Made by a program: the position numbers and the translations under genes. Below, piece by piece: positions 30,982 through 40,677 of a DNA stretch of 64,000 nt. Source of the stretch: Cyanidioschyzon merolae (Eukaryota); assembly GCA_000091205.1 (NCBI GenBank), contig AP006502.2. The stretch is one strand, 5' to 3'. Under the pieces are notes generated by a model. That model searched no databases. It was not told the DNA's origin and saw only the letters and a program-made list of their open reading frames with translations. How positions within the stretch are numbered: position 1 is the first letter of the stretch; the number at the start of each line of letters is the position of its first letter.

Positions 30982-33912
30982 TTGTCGTGCGTTCCCCTGG
31001 GGTTCACACCTCGGAAACACGATAGTAAACGATTTGAACAAAGGAAGGAACACGTTCAGTGCACCTCCAACGCTTATTGGACAAGAAAAGACGCGTCCAC
31101 TCACTTAGAAGCGGTCGCTGCGAAAGGCGAGACAAGCTCGTCGGACGGAGCGCCTTGCCATGACTGCGTGGTGCCGCATCCAAGAAACAGCGTTTCCCCT
31201 CGAACGTGTGCAAAGACGAAGGAGACCCTGAAGCGACCACAGCGCGCCCCAATGGACTTGAGACGAGGTCTCTGTGCAGCGAAGCAGGGTTTAGGGGCAC
31301 GAGTAATCGAAACGGGTGCAGAAGATGTGCTGGTTTTCGCCTATGGAACGACACCACGGGAGCCAGCAGCCGACTCGGTGGCAGCGAGAGCGGCCCCTGG
31401 AACCCTCAGTGGACGCTGGGGCACTCTGGACGATGCCTCGCCCTCGGAGACTGACTCGGAGAGTCTAAGTACATCCTCAGGTTCTATGAGCAGCTCCTCA
31501 TCCGCGTACACTTCCGAAAGCGACTGGGACGGGCTCGGCACCAACGGCGAGGCCGCAGCGCCGTGCGCTGGCGTCTTGTCAACGCGTACCTCTCCGCCGG
31601 TATCGGAGCCAGTACAGCGACGGATGAACAGACAGAAAACACGGCTAGCAAGCTTTCTCGAACCTGCCGTTGGTCATGCGGGAGAGGTGGTGCGTCGGCT
31701 GTCTCCGTCGTCGGCACGCCAGCACAGCACCCTGGGCCTCTTCTGGCAGGGCGCGAGTCCGCGAACTTACCGAGGACCCAGCCAGCACGTACCAGCAGTA
31801 TCCTCGACACCGCGGTCTGGAAAGGCGTTCGAGGATGTCTATCGAACGGAGACTCGGACGAGGACAAGCCCCGATACGGAAGCATCGCCCGACGCTCTAG
31901 GGAGTAGCGCACAGGAAGCACTGCACACGAACCGGCAACTTGTGCCAGCAGCACGTCGAGAACGCGTTCGTCCTCCGCCGATCGATACAGCGTTCGCTCT
32001 TCCACAAGCACATGGACACGCGAACAAGTGGTCTTCTCTGGTGGCGCTGAGACATCTGACACTAAATGGTCAGCCAGGGAGCCCTCCGAATTCGATGACG
32101 CTCCTCCAGGCGGACGCGATGCATCGTTCACTGCTCGACTCCGATGCATCTGAATCGGAGCCGGATTCAGCTGTTTGCTCTGGTCGAACGGGATCTACAC
32201 AGTGTGCAGGGCTTTCTTCAGAGACGCCGCTCGCTTCGATACCGCTGAACGGTGCAGTGCGCTTTGGACCCGGTGAGGTCCTGATCCCCGTTCGCTGCGC
32301 TTTTGCATCTGCGTCTGCTGCTGGTGAACCTGGAATGCAGCCTCTCCTTGCTGTTGCTCATGGCTATCCGCGTTTCCCGATGTTTCAGCATGCAGCTGGA
32401 GCCTGTCCTGTGTCTTCGTCATCGTCGTCAGCGACGACGAGCATGTCACCGCGAGGCGCCATGAGTCCCCCGTCGGATCGGCGGGAGGCGTTCTGGCAAC
32501 GTTCCGCACATCGCCGTGGCGCCTGGGCAGGTTCGTTGTCGTCCTTGTCGCCGGGTCCTGTCCTGAATCAGAGCTGGAGCTCCATCTATCGCAGCAACCA
32601 GAGGTACGATGGAGGCCGTCTTGGCCTATCTTCGGCATCAAGCGCGACACCCCGGACGGCTTGTGCGACCGGCACGCAGCCGCTGCTGTCGCCGTCATCA
32701 GCGCTACGGTCGCATCGCAGGCTGCATCGACGGCTTGACGAGCTGCTCGACGGCATCCTCAGGCACGATCGAGCGCTTGCAGAAGACGACTGGTGGCGTG
32801 AGCTGTCGGGTCTGGTCGCCGATGGGCTCGTATCTGCTGCGAATATTTTCTATCGCCTGAGCGCACACCATGCGCTGCGTGAGCGAACGCAGCGCTCCGA
32901 AACAGCGGCCTACGGAGCGCTGCATATCACCCTGCACCTGATCCTGAACGGTCCGCTGGAGGCACTCGCTGAGGCTGTTGCCAACGGTCAGGTGGATTTT
33001 TGGCAAGCGCTGCATGGGCACTGGCACGCGCAGTTGCCCGACCTCAAATCCCTGAGCGAAGCCGAAACCGCGCGACACTGGCGTATGATCTTCCTCGTTG
33101 AAGTCGTGGAGTATCTCACGCGCAAGTTGCGCTTTCACGAATCATACCCGCCATTCGAAGCCAACTACGCTCTCGGACGCTTTTTCCGACGCGTCGAACT
33201 GGAGTCTACGGATAGCTTCCGCGTCGTGGAGAACCAGGAGACCCAGCGACAGCTTTTTTCGCTCGACACTGTGACGGAAATGGTCTCGATTCTGCATTGT
33301 CTGCTGGATGCGGAACTCGGTCTCGCACGGAACGCTGGTCGATTCCTGGCATCGCGGTCCGAGACGGCATCATCCACGTCAGGCACCGTGACGGAAGCGG
33401 ATCCCGTGCTGCAGTTGTATCGGGAGCAGACGCATTTGGGTGGCCTTTTAGCGCTTCTAGCACAAGATGCTACAAATCTATATCAAATGGTCGTCTATAT
33501 GATGAGCCGCATGCATGCGCGCCTGGGCAAGCGCAGTGTGAGCACGCAGCGTTCGCACTGCGGCACGAGCGGGAACGCTACCACCGCGACACCAACAGCA
33601 ACCACAGCCTGCTCATCATTATCAGGTAGCGGATGCACTGCCTCCGAGGCTGCAGACCTGCGAGAACTGGCTGTGGTGCTGCAGGAAATGAGCGGGTACC
33701 TTCGCAAATTCTTTGAACGACTTTTGGAGGCGGATCTCATTGAGCAGGTCCCGTACATTCCACCACAGCTATTGATTCCCGCCCCCGATGCTTGTATGGT
33801 GCCATCTCGTTTCCCGTTTCTGGTGATTGCGCGCTTCACGAACTTTGCGGATTTGCATCGGGCGATTGCGTCTGGCGCGCGATCCGAGGCAGCCGCTCGA
33901 TCGAGGCCTTGA
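30982..33912 (+). CDS. Hypothetical 976-aa protein. The N-terminal ~550 aa are Ser/Ala/Pro-rich and disordered. The C-terminal ~400 aa are alpha-helical and structured
   Basis: The ORF is long and uninterrupted. The C-terminal half (LDELLDGILRHDRALAEDDWWRELSGLVADG...FWQALHGHWHAQLPDLKSL...) has non-repetitive composition typical of a folded domain. No family was recognised. Confidence 0.5.
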   Translation: MSCVPLGFTPRKHDSKRFEQRKEHVQCTSNAYWTRKDASTHLEAVAAKGETSSSDGAPCHDCVVPHPRNSVSPRTCAKTKETLKRPQRAPMDLRRGLCAAKQGLGARVIETGAEDVLVFAYGTTPREPAADSVAARAAPGTLSGRWGTLDDASPSETDSESLSTSSGSMSSSSSAYTSESDWDGLGTNGEAAAPCAGVLSTRTSPPVSEPVQRRMNRQKTRLASFLEPAVGHAGEVVRRLSPSSARQHSTLGLFWQGASPRTYRGPSQHVPAVSSTPRSGKAFEDVYRTETRTRTSPDTEASPDALGSSAQEALHTNRQLVPAARRERVRPPPIDTAFALPQAHGHANKWSSLVALRHLTLNGQPGSPPNSMTLLQADAMHRSLLDSDASESEPDSAVCSGRTGSTQCAGLSSETPLASIPLNGAVRFGPGEVLIPVRCAFASASAAGEPGMQPLLAVAHGYPRFPMFQHAAGACPVSSSSSSATTSMSPRGAMSPPSDRREAFWQRSAHRRGAWAGSLSSLSPGPVLNQSWSSIYRSNQRYDGGRLGLSSASSATPRTACATGTQPLLSPSSALRSHRRLHRRLDELLDGILRHDRALAEDDWWRELSGLVADGLVSAANIFYRLSAHHALRERTQRSETAAYGALHITLHLILNGPLEALAEAVANGQVDFWQALHGHWHAQLPDLKSLSEAETARHWRMIFLVEVVEYLTRKLRFHESYPPFEANYALGRFFRRVELESTDSFRVVENQETQRQLFSLDTVTEMVSILHCLLDAELGLARNAGRFLASRSETASSTSGTVTEADPVLQLYREQTHLGGLLALLAQDATNLYQMVVYMMSRMHARLGKRSVSTQRSHCGTSGNATTATPTATTACSSLSGSGCTASEAADLRELAVVLQEMSGYLRKFFERLLEADLIEQVPYIPPQLLIPAPDACMVPSRFPFLVIARFTNFADLHRAIASGARSEAAARSRP

Positions 33913-34989
33913 CTCAAGATTGATGCGCGTTGCATCGATACTCGTCATCGATGACGTCCGCTGTTCGGACGCAGTACTGCGTAATCCCGGAGTGATGGTG
34001 TTCGCGCGAGCCGCTCGTATGTAATTGCGCGCATGGGATGCATCCGCGGGACGCACACCGTCATTCGGGGCACCCAGTCTGTGTCAAGCGCAGCCACAAA
34101 CCACGATCACTAAAGCTGTCGCTGGAGGCTCGCATGTCACCGAGTGTGATGCATCTCGTGTCCGTTCGTGTATCGTACTCTGCACGATGATCGCCGTGCC
34201 TCAGACCTGTGATCGGCGCGCAGCATCATCTCGATGCGAGCGGGGCGTCGACCTGTGCGCGCCCCCTGTGATCCGATTGCCCAGCTGTTCGGCGGAAGTG
34301 GAGGCGTCCTGCGCTGTGCGTTCAGCGACGCTCAGAGCGGCCGCACGCAGGAACTGACCGAGGATCTGATTCGGTGCTCAGTTGGATTCAGCGAGGCTCG
34401 ATCGACAGGCGATACAAAAGCGCTCATTTGGCTTCGCAGAATGTCTACGCATGTGTTTTGTCCTGGAGACATTGCACTGGTGTGGATATTCTGAGAAGCT
34501 TAGCCTGTCCAACGAGTCGCGCCACGACAGGTTCACTCGCTCTCTCTCTGTTTGCGTACTGCATGAAACGGTTCGATGATGCGGTGTGATGGGAACCTAA
34601 TTTGGATCGCGCACTGTGTGCGTGTATCACATGCAACGGTGCGATACGCCGCAGGGTTCTTGCGTGAAACTGTATAAAGCTCCTCTTCATATAAATATGT
34701 AACTGGTGGCGCTCGTTGTGCGTCGTTTTATTTCTCGGTAAAACGAGCGGACTCCGTGTCCATTGGAACATTGCTGCAGCATGTTCAGAGGCAGGTCCGC
34801 ATATCGACATTCTCCGAGGCCTGAGCTCCCAATCGCGTTCTTCAGCAAAGCCGCATGTAATCGAAGGAGCATCACCATGAGCGCCGTGCGATCACTGGTG
34901 CGCGCGGCCTTTTGTGCACGACGTTCAGGCGAGACGATGGTACGAGGCGCATATTTGGTGTCATCGTGCGGCGCAGCATGCGCTGTAGT

Positions 34990-35250
34990 CGGCGATGATG
35001 CAGTTTGCGTCAACAGGACGCAGTGCCGGATCTGCTGATGATTCTATACACCCACACGAAAATGTCTCATCCGTACATGGTGATGCAAGTTTTGCAAGAA
35101 GAGGCAGTGCCGGATCTGCTGGTGATTCGATACACCCCCACGAAAATGTCTCATCCGTACATGGTGAAGCAAGTTTTGCTAGAAGAGGCAGTGCCGGATC
35201 TGCTGGTGATTCTAGACACCCACACGAAAATGTCTCATTTGTCCAGAAGC
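34990..35250. repeat. 84-bp minisatellite, about 3.2 copies
   Basis: The unit gcagtgccggatctgctg(a/g)tgattc(t/g)a(t/g)acacccccacgaaaatgtctcatccgtacatggtga(t/a)gcaagttttgc(a/t)agaagag begins at 35020, 35104 and 35188. A partial copy lies at ~34990. The last copy degenerates after aaaatgtctcat. Confidence 0.9.
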
Positions 35251-35295
35251 GTCTTGTACGATGCCCGTCGCAGATTAGCGTAGGACACTAAAGTA

Positions 35296-36640
35296 CTCGC
35301 TCTGGTCCTGCCTTGCGACTTTTCTCGAACATTTCTGTATACGCACCGCCTCGATATTCGTATTCTAAACATAGGGGCGTAGGGATTCATACATCGTTTT
35401 AGGATTCTCGGTCGTCTATTCGGGGTTACGCTTTCGACGTTCGGTCGCTGAAATGCGGTGCATTACCAGAATCAGCATAGTTCGCGAAGCGCTCCAGCAA
35501 GGTTTCCCAGAATCACCTCCATCATCAGCTATTGCATACGCGCAAGCTTCCACGCATCTCCTTTGCAAGCGTATCGCGTGCTCCAATCCTGCATTCTCCA
35601 ACGTTTCGATCTTTCTGCTTCAAGGTAATTCGTGGATGCAGCAGTTCACGTCAATAGATCGGCGAGGAAAACCACTGGACGTCGTCCCATGACGACTTGC
35701 TCGCTAGCTCATGCCAAACGTTCACTGGACTGCTCACGTCCATTCCTCGGCCCGTTCCAAAGACAAGTCCTGTTCTCATTGTGGAGAACGACGAGACGAG
35801 ATTCGACAATAGCAGCACACGGCTCATAGCGTACGCTCCCAGAAGCTCTCGTCTCTGCTGTTCACATCGCGAAGCGTCCTGGACTCGCACGTGAGTCGAG
35901 ACAGGGACCGCCTCTCACAGAGCAAGCGTCAACAATCTGCGTGAACGGAGCATAGGCGAAACGGAGTTTATCAACTTGGTCTCCAATCCGGAGTGTCTCT
36001 CCGACACCTGCTTCACCACGGACGTCGTGGCGTTCCACGTATCCCGCATCGAACGGAGCAACGTGCGCTTCCAAGCGCAGCGTACAGGGTACTCGCGCAT
36101 GGAATCGTTCAGAAGAACCCCGTCATCGCGTGGCACCGCACAGGGCGCAGGAACCGTGCAGACCGTTAGGCCAATGCTTCTATACCCGTCAAGGGCGTGT
36201 ACCGTGCTAAGAGGGCAGCGTGCACGCGCCACAGGGCCTGTCTCGAAGGCGCGTTGATTATCGACACCGAGAAATATCTGACTCTAGTGGCTGCATCACC
36301 GCTGCGAAGGACGCACCGAGGCCATATTCGCAAGCGTGACAATGGCACCCGCTGCGTAGATTGCAACTACGACCGCCTGCGCATGCCTTGCACGAACAAT
36401 AGCCGAAAGCAGCGAAATCCTGACTTTCATGCTGCCGCCGACACCCTTTGACTACGCACAACGCAGTGTGAGGAAAAGGAAAGATCGGCGTGTGTAAAAC
36501 CGGAGCTCGAAAGAGAGCAAAGAGAAGCGGGTGCTGGGGAAAGCGCGCAAAGACTGTTCTTGATGGCAGAGGCACGAGTTCCAGATTTCCACGTGAACTC
36601 CGAGTCAGCGATGAAGGACTCCTTTCCATTGTACGCTGAA
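35296..36640. repeat. Dispersed repeat family 1, copy 2 (~1.34 kb), ~99% identical to 19939..21282
   Basis: See copy 1. The same ORF set recurs, for example 35416..35601 minus is identical in protein to 20059..20244 minus apart from one residue. This simply reflects the nucleotide identity. Confidence 0.95.
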
Positions 36641-36707
36641 ATGGATCTGCTTCAATGACGACGCCGAGGCAGTCGCCACCGTCTCCAGTGAGACACGAGC
36701 ACGGAGC

Positions 36708-38195
36708 TCAGCGCGCATATAGGCGACAAAGGCCACTCCATAGGTACCATTCAGGCTCCTGGTCCAAAGAACGTAGAATTGGATGGTGCAAACTCAGTTG
36801 CAGCAAATGCCCGGTCCAACGATCGGCGATCATTTGCACGATCGCCGGCACTTGGTCGGTTATCTGAACGAGTCCCGAACCAGTCTCAGATAGCTCGAAT
36901 ATCACAAACACGATACACTGTTCACCGTAACAGGAGCGATTCGGGAAGCAGGACAGCCTGCGCGTTGGCGCCTTCAGGCTGAAGGGTGCATGCCGCACAT
37001 TCGAGCTCCGTTGTCGCTGCTCATACAGGCGATATGCAGCCAGAATCCACCAGTGCGATTCATCATCGATATGAACACTAACGAACCGGCGACTTGTCTG
37101 AAAGATTGCGGCCAAGGCGAAGGGTGGCGCTTTTGTGTGTCGTTCTGGGAGCCAGGCTGCTAGGGCGGCTGTCCCGATATCACGTTCCAGGTCCGCTGGC
37201 GTCAGTGAATCTATGAGATTGACCAGTAACCTGTCGTGGGCCTGCGCGTGCTGAACAGCAGCTGTCTGCAGTACCGATGCCTGCAGCGAGCGAATGGGCT
37301 CCTCGTCAAGCACCTGAGGTGCTACCGCGCGACACAACGCATAGATGAGTCGGTAGCGTCCGCTGCCGCCAGCCACGAGGTACAGGGGCTCGTAATCTGG
37401 GGTCTGCAGTCGTACACACGATTCCGCGTGTAGGACACGAACGAGCCCCAGCATGATCAAATACAGAGGTGCTCCGACGTTCATGGAAATGCGCGCCACC
37501 ATCATACCGTTTGCAACGACGTCCACCAGGAGACACGCGGAGACTCGTACTGGACGAGCTCGCTCTTCAACGAGCTTTATGAGACGTTGCATGGAATCCA
37601 TCAGACTGGAGCGCTGGCTCGGATACAACAAGGGACCACTGAGCGGAAGCAGGTCACGGATACAGACGAGCGGATGATGTAGCACCATTTCCAGTACACT
37701 GCCGATGCTATCGCTATCGATATAGGGATGCATGTCAAAGGCGGGCCGAACGTGCAGCGTCGCAAAGACGCTAGTGGGTAGCTGGCTCAGGAGGACTCGT
37801 CGTAACCAGGATTGTAAAGCAAGGCACAGACAACGATAGACAGAGGGTTCTCTCAACTGGCACTGGGGTGCTGAGGCTGGTCCCCCAGGGCTCCGGACCC
37901 CCGCGAGTAAAACGCAGTCGTCGATACTCAGATCCAAACACCAAACGCGTCGTTCACCTTCCACGAGATAGCGATTGCTCCTCTTTCCATAGCTCGGACG
38001 CAGCTTATGTTCGAGGCGAGCCACGAGAGCAGCGGCGCTCGCTCCCAGCGAAACGACAAGTCGACGTTGCTGCCAGTCCGGCCACTGGCGAGTGCTCCAG
38101 AAGAAGAACGGCTTCCCGGCTCGCGTACACGCCAGAACGAGGCACTCTACGGGTCTTTTGCCATAGCGCTTCGTTTCCAACGCTTCCGAGGTCAT
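36708..38195 (-). CDS. Hypothetical protein, tentatively a tri-longin-domain Rab-GEF subunit (Mon1/SAND-, HPS1- or Fuzzy-like)
   Basis: The N-terminus ECLVLACTRAGKPFFFWSTRQW...RRLVVSLGASAAALVARL fits the first longin-domain signature (hhhhSxAGKPhasR...L.SLMGVhQALVSF) shared by Mon1, HPS1 and Fuzzy. The 495-aa length is compatible. No other diagnostic motif was found, so the call is weak. Confidence 0.3.
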   Translation of the reverse strand: MTSEALETKRYGKRPVECLVLACTRAGKPFFFWSTRQWPDWQQRRLVVSLGASAAALVARLEHKLRPSYGKRSNRYLVEGERRVWCLDLSIDDCVLLAGVRSPGGPASAPQCQLREPSVYRCLCLALQSWLRRVLLSQLPTSVFATLHVRPAFDMHPYIDSDSIGSVLEMVLHHPLVCIRDLLPLSGPLLYPSQRSSLMDSMQRLIKLVEERARPVRVSACLLVDVVANGMMVARISMNVGAPLYLIMLGLVRVLHAESCVRLQTPDYEPLYLVAGGSGRYRLIYALCRAVAPQVLDEEPIRSLQASVLQTAAVQHAQAHDRLLVNLIDSLTPADLERDIGTAALAAWLPERHTKAPPFALAAIFQTSRRFVSVHIDDESHWWILAAYRLYEQRQRSSNVRHAPFSLKAPTRRLSCFPNRSCYGEQCIVFVIFELSETGSGLVQITDQVPAIVQMIADRWTGHLLQLSLHHPILRSLDQEPEWYLWSGLCRLYAR

Positions 38196-38618
38196 AGTGG
38201 ACGGCAGACGTCAACGGAGGCTCTGCGCCAGCTGCGCAGAAGGCAACAGTAGTGTCGTTTAGGTACTGCGAAAGGTATCTCCAATGCAACGATCTGGTTC
38301 CACTGCGTCTGCGGATCATTCGTTTATTTGTATTGAACTCAACGCAATATGACTTGGACGTTCCGTTCCTTTATCGAGTCAACGATGCATCTAACCGCAT
38401 TCGTGAGCGACGTCTTGTCCAGCCTTGTCTGCAACGCAGTGCAGGGACCGGATAGCGCTCGCGCTCCGTTCACGTCACAGGCAACGTTAACAAAAGACAA
38501 GGACTCTTCAACGATTATACTTTTCGTCATCGCGCCGAGCTCATGATGAAAATGGTGAAACTGTCATCACTACGACGACGACGACCACGATAAGGATCAC
38601 AACTTGGTCCACCAGTCC

Positions 38619-40331
38619 TTAGACTGCAACGGGCTCCTCAGCTGGAGAGTCCGAGCCTGATTCCTTCTGGTCCACTTTCTGCGACTTTTGGTAGCTTCGG
38701 AGCGTTGCAAGATCCTCCTCAAGGCCAACATCATCCTCTGGATAAGCAGGGCCACCATGATGCGAGGTATCATTGCCCAGAATTTCCTCCTCCGGAGAGA
38801 CGCGCAGCAGGCCGAGGAACTTGAGGATCAGGAAGTATCCTCCGATGACAGTGCATACAAACGACCAAATGTAGAGAATCTCAGTCAGCTGAGCAGCGAG
38901 CTGCTTTCCGTAGCCATAGAATACACCACCTGAACCATTGGCTGGGGCATAAACCATAGCGACATAATCCGGTTTCGCGAAGAAGCCAGGAATGATGATT
39001 CCCCATGTGCCTCCAAATCCATGTACTGCAATCGCGCCCAGCGGGTCATCGATACGCAGCCTCTGTACGAGCTTATCTCCGAAAACCCAAATAAATCCGC
39101 CAATGATACCGCAGCACAGCGCGGAGTACGTCGGGATTGTCGAGCAGGGAGACGTTATGGCGACCGTGCCCAGGATAAAGCCATTCACCATAGATGCGCA
39201 GTCAAAACAGTGGTAAAAGAATCGCGTGATCATCAGCGTTGTGATACCAGCAGCTGCAGGTAACACGAGCGTGTTCACAGCAGCTAGGGCCACCTGACCT
39301 GCAGTCGAATACACGGTCGGTACGCCGTTCAGATTGAAGCCACCGCGCACTGCGCTACCAACCTTACCACCATCCGCGTATGATAACACACCCAGCTGCG
39401 AACCCGGATTGAAACCGAACCATCCGAACCACAGCAGGAGGCCACCGAGAACAATCAACGAGATATTATGCCCGGGAATGGGACGGATCTTCCCATTTTC
39501 ATCGAAACGGCCAATTCGGGGGCCGATGATCAAAGCGCCAACAAACGCTCCAGCACCGCCAGTGATATGCACTACGCCGCTGCCAGCAAAGTCAATGGAG
39601 CCCGCGGAACCGTAGATGCCAAAGCTGCCGGTGATATGACCGGTCGTTGGATCTGTGACTTTGTTGTAGAACACATTCAGCCATCCGTTGACGTCCCACA
39701 TGGCATGAGAGATCACTGGGTAGACAAAACCCATCATGAGTGAAACGAACCCGATGTAGGCGAACACGCGAACCCGCTCACAGATCGCTCCGGCAACAAT
39801 GGACGCGGCTGTCAGGCAGAAAGTGAACTGGAACCACCACAGGAAGAGAGTAGCTCCATTATTTGTACCAGATGGAACCGATAAGCCGGAGAGATACGTG
39901 AACGCATCTTTCGTCAGCGGCGACTGCATGTGTGCCAACGCAAAATGCTGAAAAGCAATAAAGCCATTCGACTTTGTCTTGTATATAGGACTGAGGGGTA
40001 ACTCCGTAACAAAATTGTCGTAGGTGAGCAGTGCCTGATTGATAGGGGCGAACGCAAAACCGAAACCAAGCACATAGTAGGCGACACCGCCGACGCACGC
40101 ATCACAGAGATTGAGAACGAGCGCATTCTTCGCGTTCTTGTTTCTTACGGAGCCCACTGTCAGCATAGCGAAACCAGCTTGCATACAAAACACAAGAGCT
40201 GCAGTCAGCAGGAGGAAAGCAGAGTTCACACCATCGACTATATTCGCCAACGCAAAGTACAAGCTCTGGTTTGCGGCGGATAGCTTAGGCGCGTCCGCGT
40301 TGAGCCCGAAGCGGTCAGCTAAGTAGTGCAT
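38619..40331 (-). CDS. AMT: Ammonium transporter (Amt/MEP/Rh family). The start is reassigned to an internal ATG of the 721-aa ORF
   Basis: NQSLYFALANIVDGVNSAFLLLTAALVFCMQAGFAMLTVGSVRNKNAKNALVLNLCDACVGG is the canonical first TM helix of Amt. Further Amt hallmarks are ...GSGVVHITGGAGAFVGALIIGPRIGRFDENG...PGHNISLIVLGGLLLWFGWFGFNPGS...AVNTLVLPAAAGITTLM...DDPLGAIAVHGFGGTWG. A hydrophilic C-terminal tail follows. MHYLADRFGLNADAPKLSAANQS (ATG at 40331) gives a typical short N-terminus. The upstream ORF extension to 40784 overlaps the divergent neighbour. Confidence 0.9.
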   Translation of the reverse strand: MHYLADRFGLNADAPKLSAANQSLYFALANIVDGVNSAFLLLTAALVFCMQAGFAMLTVGSVRNKNAKNALVLNLCDACVGGVAYYVLGFGFAFAPINQALLTYDNFVTELPLSPIYKTKSNGFIAFQHFALAHMQSPLTKDAFTYLSGLSVPSGTNNGATLFLWWFQFTFCLTAASIVAGAICERVRVFAYIGFVSLMMGFVYPVISHAMWDVNGWLNVFYNKVTDPTTGHITGSFGIYGSAGSIDFAGSGVVHITGGAGAFVGALIIGPRIGRFDENGKIRPIPGHNISLIVLGGLLLWFGWFGFNPGSQLGVLSYADGGKVGSAVRGGFNLNGVPTVYSTAGQVALAAVNTLVLPAAAGITTLMITRFFYHCFDCASMVNGFILGTVAITSPCSTIPTYSALCCGIIGGFIWVFGDKLVQRLRIDDPLGAIAVHGFGGTWGIIIPGFFAKPDYVAMVYAPANGSGGVFYGYGKQLAAQLTEILYIWSFVCTVIGGYFLILKFLGLLRVSPEEEILGNDTSHHGGPAYPEDDVGLEEDLATLRSYQKSQKVDQKESGSDSPAEEPVAV

Positions 40332-40677
40332 GATGAGTACACACCTCTCGTTTCCGAACACAAGGTAAACGCCAGCGCAAGTTGAAACTGAGGTCCAGTT
40401 GCAGCCCGCAACTGGTTGTAAAACGATTGAGCCGAACAATGCTAAAGCGCAATACGTAACAGTGCTCCCGTCTACTTGCGATCGGATGCACGCGCATTGC
40501 TCGCGTACCCGCGACGCTGGAAAACGTTCAACGGCAACGCCCAGATCCAACGGGTGAAATGGGATGATACTGTATGAATATGCACTCAACGGACAAAATG
40601 TCCAAGACGACCGTCGGACCTCTTCTCCACCTTCCGATCCCGTTTTCGAGCCTGTGAAATTCTGAAGGTTATGCACC
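40332..40677. promoter_or_regulatory. Shared ~350-bp bidirectional promoter region between AMT (minus) and the rhomboid-like gene (plus)
   Basis: Assigned by position. The two start codons face away from each other across this interval. Confidence 0.4.
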
